This document shows positions 15,112 through 23,323 of a stretch of 32,000 nucleotides of DNA, piece after piece. Source of the stretch: Oscillospiraceae bacterium. GTDB lineage: Bacteria; Bacillota; Clostridia; Oscillospirales; Oscillospiraceae. Positions within the stretch are counted from its first letter, which is position 1, and every line of letters starts with the position of its first letter. The stretch lies in the NCBI GenBank assembly GCA_017527825.1, contig JAFXPO010000040.1, forward strand, positions 19,952 through 51,951, in the 5' to 3' direction. Both the position numbers and the translations under genes were made by a program. Under the pieces are notes generated by a model. The model was not told the DNA's origin, ran no database searches, and saw only the letters and a program-made list of their open reading frames with translations.

Positions 15112-16158
15112 ATGGATCAGTTTGACGCATTCTCTGTTTTCTTCTGGGATAACAACGTACACGTCGGCGGGCGCACCTACCCCTTGGGACAGGTGACGGT
15201 GGACGTGCTGAACCTCTCGACGGAGACGTTCGACCGCCTCTGTGATAGCGCCGAGGCGTTTGACCGCGCGCTGGATCGTATGCTTGAGCGGCGGGACAGA
15301 CGCATGGCGGAGGAGGTACAGGCGAAGTTCAACGCGGCGTATGACGTCATCCTCACGCTGCCGGTGTTCCGTGACTTGGAGCTGGACGAGGGTGCGCGGA
15401 CGGTGTTCACGGACTTGCGCGACACGCCCGAGGCGTGGGACGAGGCGATGCGAGAGGACACGGCGGGCGGTCAGCTGCTGCGGGCGTTCGCCGCCAAGGT
15501 TTCGTGCCTGCCGGAGCGTCTGAACAACTTTCGCGGGCAGGTCGCGCTGATGCTGGAATACTTTTTCGAGGACTTGCCGCGACGTGACAGCGCGGAGTAC
15601 GGTCGCGCGTTCGACGCCTACTGGCGCGCGATGGTCACGGACGGCACGAAGATTTATCCGTTTCAGGAATTCGAGCAGAGCTTTCCCGCGGAGCTTTCGT
15701 TCGTGCCGATGCGTCATCCTGACCATCCGAACGAGTTTCATGTCGCGGAGCGGGCAAAGTTCGCGGAGCTGCGCTTCTTCCTCTACACCGATTTCTACCG
15801 TGCACTCGCGCACGGCAACGCGCCGCGTCGCTGTCACAACTGCGGGCGGTACTTCCTCCTGACGCGCGGCTACAACACCTGCTACTGCAACAACATCGCG
15901 CCGGGCGAGACGACGCGCACCTGCCGCAAGGTCGGCGCGCACACGAAGGAGCGCCGCGAGCGCGAGGGCGCATCGCCGGTACAGCAGGAGTACAACCGCG
16001 CGTATGGGCGACTGAAGATGCAGCGCAGCCGCCGCAAGAAGGATGCCTCGGAGTACAACCGCGAGGTGGCGCAGGCGCAGGACATCCGCGACGCCTACGC
16101 GCGCGGCGAGCTCGGCGAGGAGGATGCCATCGCGCGGCTGAAGTCGATCGGAGGATAG
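15112..16158 (+). CDS. conserved hypothetical protein with Cys-rich C-terminal (zinc-ribbon-like) region
   Basis: 348 aa, RBS AGGAGG. It has RRCHNCGRYF...CYCNN...TCRK followed by a basic/coiled tail. I recall similar proteins next to integrase/excisionase modules in Clostridia (possibly a DUF family; unverified). Confidence 0.7.
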   Translation: MDQFDAFSVFFWDNNVHVGGRTYPLGQVTVDVLNLSTETFDRLCDSAEAFDRALDRMLERRDRRMAEEVQAKFNAAYDVILTLPVFRDLELDEGARTVFTDLRDTPEAWDEAMREDTAGGQLLRAFAAKVSCLPERLNNFRGQVALMLEYFFEDLPRRDSAEYGRAFDAYWRAMVTDGTKIYPFQEFEQSFPAELSFVPMRHPDHPNEFHVAERAKFAELRFFLYTDFYRALAHGNAPRRCHNCGRYFLLTRGYNTCYCNNIAPGETTRTCRKVGAHTKERREREGASPVQQEYNRAYGRLKMQRSRRKKDASEYNREVAQAQDIRDAYARGELGEEDAIARLKSIGG

Positions 16159-16165
16159 AAAAATA

Positions 16166-16204
16166 CCCCGCGGGATCGGAGCGCGTTGCTCTGATCCCGC
16201 GGGG
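16166..16204. terminator. bidirectional hairpin terminator
   Basis: A 12-bp stem CCCCGCGGGATC / GATCCCGCGGGG (16166-16177 / 16193-16204) between convergent stops at 16158 (+) and 16244 (-). Confidence 0.7.
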
Positions 16205-16243
16205 GCTATGTTTGGTTACAGTGGGGAAGAATTTGCAGGGGGT

Positions 16244-16753
16244 TCAGCGCAGCGCCGCCGTCAGAGCGGCTTTCACGCTTGCCTTGATCTTGTCGTAGTT
16301 GTCGCCGGGATGTGCCTCATAGAGCTTTTCATCGCCCGCGTAAATCGTGGGAACATAGTAATAGTCGGTGTAGCGGCTCGCCGCCTCACGCTCGCGCTCC
16401 TCCTCGATCCACTCGACTATGACGGCGCGATAGGCGGGGTTCTCTGCTTGCAGCTCGGCGAGCGCCTGACGCGCCTTGTGGCAGTAGGGACAGTTGTCCA
16501 AGTGCAGGATCGTGAGTTTCTTCTCTCTGCTCATCCACTCCCCGGCGTACAGGAGCATCTTGTCCCGGTTCTGCGCGATCTCGCCGCGCTCCATGCGCTC
16601 ATCCCACACGTCAGGCGAGATCGCCTCGTAAGAGATGTTGATCGCCGCCTGCGGGCAGCCCCACAGCTCCAGCAGCGTTTCGTTGATGCGCTCGGCGACC
16701 TTGCGCACGGTTTCCTCATCCTTTGGGTATCCTTTGATGGCGATGTACGGCAT
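16244..16753 (-). CDS. 4-oxalocrotonate-tautomerase-like domain fused to a glutaredoxin/thioredoxin-fold domain
   Basis: 169 aa, RBS AAGGAGGG. The N-terminus MPYIAIKGYPKDEETVRKVAERINETLLELWGCPQAAINISYEAI has Pro1 plus a beta-alpha-beta tautomerase pattern. The C-terminal part has LTILHLDNCPYCHKARQAL...YYYVPTIY (CPYC redox motif). Confidence 0.75.
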   Translation of the reverse strand: MPYIAIKGYPKDEETVRKVAERINETLLELWGCPQAAINISYEAISPDVWDERMERGEIAQNRDKMLLYAGEWMSREKKLTILHLDNCPYCHKARQALAELQAENPAYRAVIVEWIEEEREREAASRYTDYYYVPTIYAGDEKLYEAHPGDNYDKIKASVKAALTAALR

Positions 16754-16771
16754 GATGTGACCCTCCTTATC

Positions 16772-17650
16772 TCATGTATCGAATAAACTCATCTGTGGAA
16801 ATCGCTCCGGCAGCTCCTGCATAAAGCGGAAGCAGTCCTCCGGCTCGTACAGGATACCGTGCTCCGCGCAGACGCCGCGAAACAGCCGCATGAGTTCTTT
16901 TGCGCGCGGGCTTGGCAGCTCGTAGGCATTCCCGTACCGCTCGATATAGCGTTCCTTCATGCCCGGAAAGTGCCTGTCCAGCGCCGCGTAGAAGTATTCC
17001 CGGCTGCCCTCGCGGAGCGTCACGCCCATGTTGAAGCAGACGATCCCCATCACGCCCACACGGACGCACTCATTCAGGATCGCCGTGACGTTTTCCCCCG
17101 TGTCGTTAATGAACGGCAGAATGGGTGTCAGCCAAACGACCGTCGGGATGCCGCGCTGTCGCATGGCTTCGAGCACCTCGATGCGTCGCTTCGTGTTGCA
17201 GACGTTCGGCTCGAGGATCACGCACAGCGCGTCGTCGTAGGTCGTGAGCGTTATCTCCACCACGCATTTGGCGGTCCGGTTGATCTCATCGAGCAGGTCA
17301 ATGTCGCGGAGAATGCGGTCGGACTTCGTCTGGATCGCCAGACCGAAGCCGTTGTCGCGGATGATTTCAAGACACCTTCGCGTCAGCTGGAGCTTTTCTT
17401 CACAGTGCATGTAGGGATCGGACATGGAGCCAGTGCCGATCATGCACTTTTTTCGCTTGGATTTCAGGGATTTTTCCAGAAGCGCGGGGGCGTTCTGCTT
17501 GACCTCAATGTCCTCGAACGGGTGCGTGAACTGGTAACAGCGGCTCCTGCTGTCGCAGTAGACGCAGCCGTGCGTGCAACCGCGGTATAGGTTCATGCCG
17601 CAGCGCCCGCCGCTCGTGGTGAGGATTCCTTTTGCATCGACAAAGTGCAT
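16772..17650 (-). CDS. radical SAM protein, SplB / 'DNA repair photolyase' (COG1533)-like
   Basis: The start is at ATG 17650 (MHFVDAKGIL...), with GGAGA 8 nt upstream. The CX3CX2C cluster motif is GCTHGCVYCDSR. The family is assigned from memory of COG1533-type sequences. The gene starts 19 nt after the hsdR stop. Confidence 0.8.
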   Translation of the reverse strand: MHFVDAKGILTTSGGRCGMNLYRGCTHGCVYCDSRSRCYQFTHPFEDIEVKQNAPALLEKSLKSKRKKCMIGTGSMSDPYMHCEEKLQLTRRCLEIIRDNGFGLAIQTKSDRILRDIDLLDEINRTAKCVVEITLTTYDDALCVILEPNVCNTKRRIEVLEAMRQRGIPTVVWLTPILPFINDTGENVTAILNECVRVGVMGIVCFNMGVTLREGSREYFYAALDRHFPGMKERYIERYGNAYELPSPRAKELMRLFRGVCAEHGILYEPEDCFRFMQELPERFPQMSLFDT

Positions 17651-17669
17651 GGTGTACGTCTCCGTGCTT

Positions 17670-20600
17670 TCACGCCACCTCCGGGTAGCGCGTGTATACA
17701 TACTCGTATATCTTCTGCCGATAGGTCGAGATGCTGATCTCGTCGTAGCAATCCGGCAGCTCCGCCCATAGCGTGTCGCGGATCAGGGTGTCGATGGTCG
17801 CCTTGGTTTCCTGCTTGTCTGTCCAGTGATCCAACTCGGCGATCTTGGCCTTTACCTTCTGAAGCAGACTCGCCGCGACCTTCTTGATGGTCTTGATGTC
17901 CTGCTTGGAGAGGCTTTCCGAGAACAGCAGATCGTAGATGGACAGCTCCTCGTCGTTGGCAAAGCCCTCGCGGACGTAGCGCTGCTCCTCCTGATCCATG
18001 GAGTTTGCGAGATCCATCAGCTCCATGAACGTCTTTTCGATCGTGGCGCGATCCTGCTCGCTGTTGTAGTCCTCGATGATCTCCTGATACCGCTCATAAT
18101 AATTGATGCGTCCCGGATTCGCCGCGACCATCTTCTCCAGCCGTTCCTGAATCAAGTCCTCCAGATCCTTGAGCACCAGATTCCTCTGCTTTGCCCGTGC
18201 GAACTCCGCGCGCAAGAGATCAAAGTCGATTTGGCTGATATCGAAGCGACGGCTCTCTGCCAACCCTTCCTGCGGTTGCTCGACTTGGACGTATTCGCTG
18301 ATGATTTGATTGATCTGTACCATCAGATCTATGTTGCTTGCGTGCTTGCGCTTCCTGCAAAGCTGTGCGTCGATTTCAACGATGGCGTTGCACCGTTTAC
18401 GGACGGACGGCTCAATATCCTCGCGGTCAGCGTATTTCAGGAGACGCTGCAGCTCGTTTGCGAACGTCTGGAACTCCTTCCGCTCCGGCAGGCTGGCAGA
18501 CACGGCGTTCGCCGCTGTTTGCAGCAGATCGACCTTTGCAAAACCGCTTGCGTCTACAAGTGTTTGGAGGGCAAAACCCCGCTCCGCGAGAAACGCCTCT
18601 GACGCTGCGACGGTTTGCAGTATCCGCGCGACCAGCTCCTCCTTATCGACGGTCGGATCGACGCCAGCGCCGCCCTCGATGTTTGCGGTATAGTCCGCCA
18701 GCGCCTTTCTCAGCGCCTTGACGATGCCGACATAGTCTACGATCAGGCCGTTGCTCTTGCCCTCCGCGACGCGGTTGGCGCGGGCGATGGTCTGCATCAG
18801 CGTGTGCGCCTTGAGCGGCTTGTCCAGATAGAGACAGGAAAGGCACTTGACGTCAAAGCCGGTCAGCCACATGGCGCAGACGAACACCACGCGGAGCGGG
18901 TTTTCGGCGTCCTTGAACTCCTTATCCAGCTCTCGCTTTTCCATCTTCTCGCGGTGCGTTTTGATATCCAGCCCCCATTTCTGGAACGTCTGGATCTCAT
19001 TCTGCTCCTGACTGATGACGACCGCCATCTCCGTTTCACGCATCCATGCGAGCTTGCGCTCCAACTCCTTGACTTCTTGCTGCTCCACCGTCCTGATCTG
19101 CGCTTCGAGCCTTTTGATTTCCTCCGCCCAGTACTTCTGCACAAGGTCATACATCCGCACGCAGGACACTTTATTGAGGCATACGAACATCGCCTTGCCG
19201 CTCGTCCACAGGTCGGAGTAGTGCCCCACAAAGTCGCGCGCGATGGAGTCAAGGCGCGGCTCCGCCGTCAGCAGATGGATCTCCTTGGCGAACTCGCGTT
19301 CCAGCTTGTCCTGCTGATCGACGTCCAAATCAGCCTGCTCGATGGCGTCGAGAATGCGGTCGGTGATCTCCGGGTTGTGCAGGTCCTTGATCTTGTCGCC
19401 ACGGTTTTCGTAATACAGCGGCACCGTCGCGCCGTCGTCCACGGCGCGCTTGAAGTCATAGATGGATATGTAGCCGCCGAAGGTGCGCTCGGTGATGTTG
19501 TCGTTGGAGAGCAGCGGCGTACCGGTAAAGCCGATGCGTGATGCGGTCGGCAGCAGGGAAACCATGTTGTTGGCGTAAATACCGTATTGGCTGCGGTGCG
19601 CCTCGTCCGACATAATAATAACGTCGTGGTCGGGATAGATCGGCGCGGCGTCCGGCTGGTTGAACTTCTGGATCAGCGTGAAGATGAAGCTGGGATTGCC
19701 GCGCAGCTTGTCGATTAGATCGTCGCCGCTCTGCGCGATGAACTGCCGCGCCTTCGTCTTTCCGAGCAGGCCGCAGTTCTCGAAGGTGTCGCTGATCTGC
19801 TTGTTCAGCTCGTCGCGGTCAGTCAGGATCACGATGGTCGGCGAACCCGCGAACTTGCGGCGGATCTTCTGCGCCAGAAACACCATCGAATAGCTCTTGC
19901 CGCTGCCCTGCGTATGCCAGAACACGCCCAGCTTGCCGTCGCGCAGCTTGCGTTCGGCGTATGCCTTGACCGCCTCGTTCACGCCGAGATACTGGTGGTT
20001 GCGGGCGAGTATCTTTGCCGTGCGCCCGCCGGAGTGGTCGAACAGGATGAAGTTTTCCAGCAGGTCGAGGAAGTTTTCCTTTTTGCAGATGCCGCGCAGC
20101 ATGGTTTCCAGCGCGACGCTGCCGGCGTCCTTCTCGTTCAGGCGCTTCCACTCGTGGAAGAACTCGTACTTGCTGCCCAGCGTGCCGACCTTTGCCTCCA
20201 CGCCGTTGGAGAGGATGAGAAAGGCGTTGTAATAAAAGAGCTGCGGGATGGTGTCGAGGTAGTCGGTGTAGTTGTCCGTGTAGGCGTTCTGCACGTCCAC
20301 CGTGGTCTTTTTCAGCTCTACAAACAGCAGGGGGATACCGTTGACAAAGCCGACAATATCCGTGCGGCGGCGGTACAGATCGCCATGAATTTTCAACTCC
20401 TTGATGGCGAGGAAACGGTTGTTTTCGGGGTGCCGGAAGTCGATCACCACGGCGCGCTTTTCCTCTGTTTTGCCGCCCGGACGCTTGACCGTGACGGGGA
20501 TGCCGTCGCGGATCAGGTTGTACTTTTCCTCATTGATTTGCAGCAGCGACGCGGTGGAGAGGCGGCTTTCCATGGTACGCTGCGCCTCGTCGAGCTGCGC

Positions 20601-20807
20601 GGGCGTGATCCACGGATTCAGCCGTTGGAGTGCGGCTCGAAAGTCCCGCGTGAGCAGAATCTCCTGATAGCTCCTGCGCCCAAAGGAGCCGTCCGCGCCA
20701 AGCACCTCGGTGTTGTAGGCATAGGCGACGTCCCAACCCAGCTCGTCGCGGAGCAGGTCGCCCGCCGCGCCTTGGATGAGGATGTTTTCGGAGTATTCGT
20801 AGGACAT
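17670..20807 (-). CDS. hsdR: type I restriction endonuclease, R subunit
   Basis: 1045 aa. The N-terminal PD-(D/E)xK-type nuclease segment is TDIVGFVNGIPLLFVELKK. Helicase motif I is HTQGSGKS and motif II is DEAHRSQ. It has the long helical C-terminal region typical of HsdR. Confidence 0.95.
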   Translation of the reverse strand: MSYEYSENILIQGAAGDLLRDELGWDVAYAYNTEVLGADGSFGRRSYQEILLTRDFRAALQRLNPWITPAQLDEAQRTMESRLSTASLLQINEEKYNLIRDGIPVTVKRPGGKTEEKRAVVIDFRHPENNRFLAIKELKIHGDLYRRRTDIVGFVNGIPLLFVELKKTTVDVQNAYTDNYTDYLDTIPQLFYYNAFLILSNGVEAKVGTLGSKYEFFHEWKRLNEKDAGSVALETMLRGICKKENFLDLLENFILFDHSGGRTAKILARNHQYLGVNEAVKAYAERKLRDGKLGVFWHTQGSGKSYSMVFLAQKIRRKFAGSPTIVILTDRDELNKQISDTFENCGLLGKTKARQFIAQSGDDLIDKLRGNPSFIFTLIQKFNQPDAAPIYPDHDVIIMSDEAHRSQYGIYANNMVSLLPTASRIGFTGTPLLSNDNITERTFGGYISIYDFKRAVDDGATVPLYYENRGDKIKDLHNPEITDRILDAIEQADLDVDQQDKLEREFAKEIHLLTAEPRLDSIARDFVGHYSDLWTSGKAMFVCLNKVSCVRMYDLVQKYWAEEIKRLEAQIRTVEQQEVKELERKLAWMRETEMAVVISQEQNEIQTFQKWGLDIKTHREKMEKRELDKEFKDAENPLRVVFVCAMWLTGFDVKCLSCLYLDKPLKAHTLMQTIARANRVAEGKSNGLIVDYVGIVKALRKALADYTANIEGGAGVDPTVDKEELVARILQTVAASEAFLAERGFALQTLVDASGFAKVDLLQTAANAVSASLPERKEFQTFANELQRLLKYADREDIEPSVRKRCNAIVEIDAQLCRKRKHASNIDLMVQINQIISEYVQVEQPQEGLAESRRFDISQIDFDLLRAEFARAKQRNLVLKDLEDLIQERLEKMVAANPGRINYYERYQEIIEDYNSEQDRATIEKTFMELMDLANSMDQEEQRYVREGFANDEELSIYDLLFSESLSKQDIKTIKKVAASLLQKVKAKIAELDHWTDKQETKATIDTLIRDTLWAELPDCYDEISISTYRQKIYEYVYTRYPEVA

Positions 20808-20824
20808 GGTTGGTCACCTCGTTA

Positions 20825-21913
20825 TCAGATTAAATCCGGAATACGAGGATCACATCGTTTTGCGTTTGTTTGTGCTAATACACGTCCAACTTGTGTAATG
20901 GAAAATCCGCGAGGAAGAGAATCCCACCAAGTTCCAATTTTACTAAGGGAATCAAAAGAATTCCACATTTCCTTAAATTTTGTATTAACCTGATCCATCA
21001 GTTTGGAATCCTTCGAGTACATATTCCACACTTGTCTTACTGCTTGTTTATGATCTTCACTTAGTGGCACTTTTTCTGCTCCTTTATTGAAAAGCAAATT
21101 ATCAATGCTATTATACTGACATATTGCCAAACGAACATAATTATCCAAACAATCATTGGGAATTAAACAACTCGAATTTATATGGGCTGCATTAAGAATA
21201 TCAATTGCTTTTCTATATTCCTCCGAATACTTCTCAATTCCAACACAAATATAGCCATCTAGAGTTGATGAATAAAAATCAAAGATTTGCTTCATGGTGA
21301 TAAAAGAATCCAGCCTGATCGCACCAAGGACGTCTAAATGGTCGAGCCACTCAGTTCCAGATGGTAGTTCGTGGTATAAAAGCTTATTAAACAATTCGTT
21401 CAGTACATGAAGACCTTCTAAAGTATTTCCTGTTATTGGGACAAACTGCATAATCGCATGTGCGACTGTTAAGGCACACAGCGCATCATTGTCTATTTCT
21501 CCTACTATGCTGATTGCCCTGCCAATTCCAGCTCGGTTTTTCCTACCGTCTCCTTTTTGTACATGGCATACGAGCAATTCTGATAACAGTGAATAATCAT
21601 CTTCACGTTCAGTCGAAGCCGCTGTTCTCTGGGCATTTTTTAGTGCAAATTGAAATGTCGGATCTGCAAATGCTGGAAGCATTTCTTCCACACGTTTTAC
21701 CCGATTCAGCAATTCATTTTCAAATTGATTTATCCGGCTTCTTGCGGTGTTTGTGGCTTCATCGGTGTATTCTTGAAGAATTTGAGGGAGCAATTCATTG
21801 CATATTTCACGAGCTCGCTGCTCGGTAATACCATTATTGACTATTGTCAGGTTTTCTATCTGCGTTTGTGTGGCACCATTGCCAGCCTTTTGCATTTGCC
21901 CTTCATTTGTCAT
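20825..21913 (-). CDS. hypothetical 362-aa protein embedded in the type I R-M operon (no recognisable motif)
   Basis: AT-rich ORF. Its ATG lies inside the last 11 nt of the upstream small ORF, and hsdR starts 17 nt after its stop. It looks predominantly helical by eye. I find no Walker A, HEPN Rx4-6H or HTH. Confidence 0.75.
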   Translation of the reverse strand: MTNEGQMQKAGNGATQTQIENLTIVNNGITEQRAREICNELLPQILQEYTDEATNTARSRINQFENELLNRVKRVEEMLPAFADPTFQFALKNAQRTAASTEREDDYSLLSELLVCHVQKGDGRKNRAGIGRAISIVGEIDNDALCALTVAHAIMQFVPITGNTLEGLHVLNELFNKLLYHELPSGTEWLDHLDVLGAIRLDSFITMKQIFDFYSSTLDGYICVGIEKYSEEYRKAIDILNAAHINSSCLIPNDCLDNYVRLAICQYNSIDNLLFNKGAEKVPLSEDHKQAVRQVWNMYSKDSKLMDQVNTKFKEMWNSFDSLSKIGTWWDSLPRGFSITQVGRVLAQTNAKRCDPRIPDLI

Positions 21914-22115
21914 TCTTTTTCTCCTTGTTGTCGCTTGTAATAGTCACATTTCCAATTTGGGTCAATTTTGATTGATTTCCTGCGGTTTGAGACTGTTTAT
22001 TATGATTCTTTATTCCAAATCTGTATCCAGTTATACCACCGATTATCAGGCCAATAAGCAAACTAATTATTTCCGTTCCAATTCCATCGAAAACCCATTC
22101 ATACCACATTTTCAT
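21903..22115 (-). CDS. small single-pass membrane protein (70 aa) embedded in the type I R-M operon
   Basis: Its ATG overlaps the hsdS stop (ATGA). The hydrophobic helix is GIGTEIISLLIGLIIGGITGY, followed by a polar, Lys-rich tail. The tail shares a peptide motif with the N-terminus of the next gene. Confidence 0.6.
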   Translation of the reverse strand: MKMWYEWVFDGIGTEIISLLIGLIIGGITGYRFGIKNHNKQSQTAGNQSKLTQIGNVTITSDNKEKKNDK

Positions 22116-23323
22116 ACCTCCAATTCTCCGCTCATTAGCTTGGGCAGCAACCGATCTCGGGCTTGCTGCAAATGAGCAATTATCTTTGTTAATGTTCGCT
22201 GTTCTTTTATTATAGGGTCAATAATGGTTGTAAATCTCAGCAGCAATTCATTGTTTGGAACAATAATCTCCATATCTCGAAATGCTCGTTTCGATATTTC
22301 CAAAAACGTTGATCCTGTTGCTTTTCCCTTAATTTCATCTACACGCTCCATCAGATTGAAGAGCAAATAGTATCGCATTTCCGCACAACAAGGTACGCAA
22401 GAAATAAACCCCTGATTTGTACAAACTTCAAATTCGCATAAAGCAAAATATCCAATGCTGGCACGGCTTGTCATAAGAATCGTATATGGCGGCAACAGTT
22501 TTGCAGAGCTATTGTTCAAGCCGTCAATGGTTATTTTCTTTTCAGAATCCAGCAAAATCAAGCTATTCGCTTTTGTGAGATCAGTCGGCGTTACCCATCG
22601 TATAGTGCCATCGGAATAGTACTCGGACTTGGAAGTTGACGGTGTACCGCCGCCTATGGTATCACAAATATCGGAAATTGTTTCTTTCCTCCACCCCTCC
22701 GGCACACCGTCCATGATGGGCGTATTCTCATGTCCAGGAAAGCGGAGATCGACGAACCACTCCTTATACAGCCGCTGCGCCGCTTCCTCCAACAGCTTGA
22801 TTTGCTTTTGGTTGTTCTCGATGAACTCGTCGTAGGCGGAGAGAATATCTGTTACCCTGCGTTGTTTATCAAGAGGCGGAAGAGCAATTACTATATTGCG
22901 GAGAGCAGACAAACTAATCGTCCGCTGTGCAGCACCAACTGCCGCCGCATCAGCCTTTGCATAGAAGTCTTTGCTCAGCATGGTATAGTACAAAAACGCG
23001 GAAAGCACTTTTTCGTTCGGACGTAGTATAGCTATATGTCGCTGAAAGGAAAAAGGCTTGTTCTCTTTGATAAGTACAGGAATCCCGAAAGAACCTACTA
23101 CCGAATACAAGACATCCCCAATTTGCGCTTTTCTTTTGGAATCCAACGCATCATAGTATTCCTGCGAAACATACATCGTATTGCTGAAATCAAACTGATT
23201 AAACGATGTGATGTTCGAAATCGTTACAAATGGAACTCCGTTTTCTGCTTTCGGCGGCGGTTGGTGATCTCCGTCGGCGATTGATTTGCAACAATCAGCA
23301 AGCCGTACTTTTTCCCACTTCAT
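22112..23323 (-). CDS. hsdS: type I R-M specificity subunit
   Basis: The start is at ATG 23323, overlapping the hsdM stop (ATGA). It has two target-recognition halves separated by the conserved helical spacer LPPLDKQRRVTDILSAYDEFIENNQKQIKLLEEAAQRLYKEWFVDLRFPGHE, and a C-terminal LQQARDRLLPKLMSGELEV. The ORF-track start at 23527 is a read-through into hsdM. Confidence 0.9.
   Translation of the reverse strand: MKWEKVRLADCCKSIADGDHQPPPKAENGVPFVTISNITSFNQFDFSNTMYVSQEYYDALDSKRKAQIGDVLYSVVGSFGIPVLIKENKPFSFQRHIAILRPNEKVLSAFLYYTMLSKDFYAKADAAAVGAAQRTISLSALRNIVIALPPLDKQRRVTDILSAYDEFIENNQKQIKLLEEAAQRLYKEWFVDLRFPGHENTPIMDGVPEGWRKETISDICDTIGGGTPSTSKSEYYSDGTIRWVTPTDLTKANSLILLDSEKKITIDGLNNSSAKLLPPYTILMTSRASIGYFALCEFEVCTNQGFISCVPCCAEMRYYLLFNLMERVDEIKGKATGSTFLEISKRAFRDMEIIVPNNELLLRFTTIIDPIIKEQRTLTKIIAHLQQARDRLLPKLMSGELEV

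Larger units (their letters stand above)
10896..16158. mobile_element. integration/excision/regulation module (int-int-RHH-HTH-xis plus divergent 348-aa gene)
   Basis: The gene content is typical of small integrative elements of Firmicutes. The module is closed on the right by a bidirectional terminator at 16166-16204. Confidence 0.55.

Noticed and set aside
20825-21913. Assigning the 362-aa embedded protein to PrrC, Abi_2/AbiD or Abi-alpha.
   Set aside because: It has no ATPase head or anticodon-nuclease pattern (PrrC) and no YYRL-type Abi_2 signature. A vague resemblance of DYSLLSELLVCHV...IVGEIDNDALCAL to Abi-alpha helices is too weak to claim without a profile search.
22112-23323. Phase-variable or shufflon-type hsdS (inverted repeats, silent hsdS copies, a nearby invertase).
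   Set aside because: There is a single hsdS with two target-recognition halves. I could find no second partial hsdS and no inverted repeats inside it. The integrases are 9 kb away.
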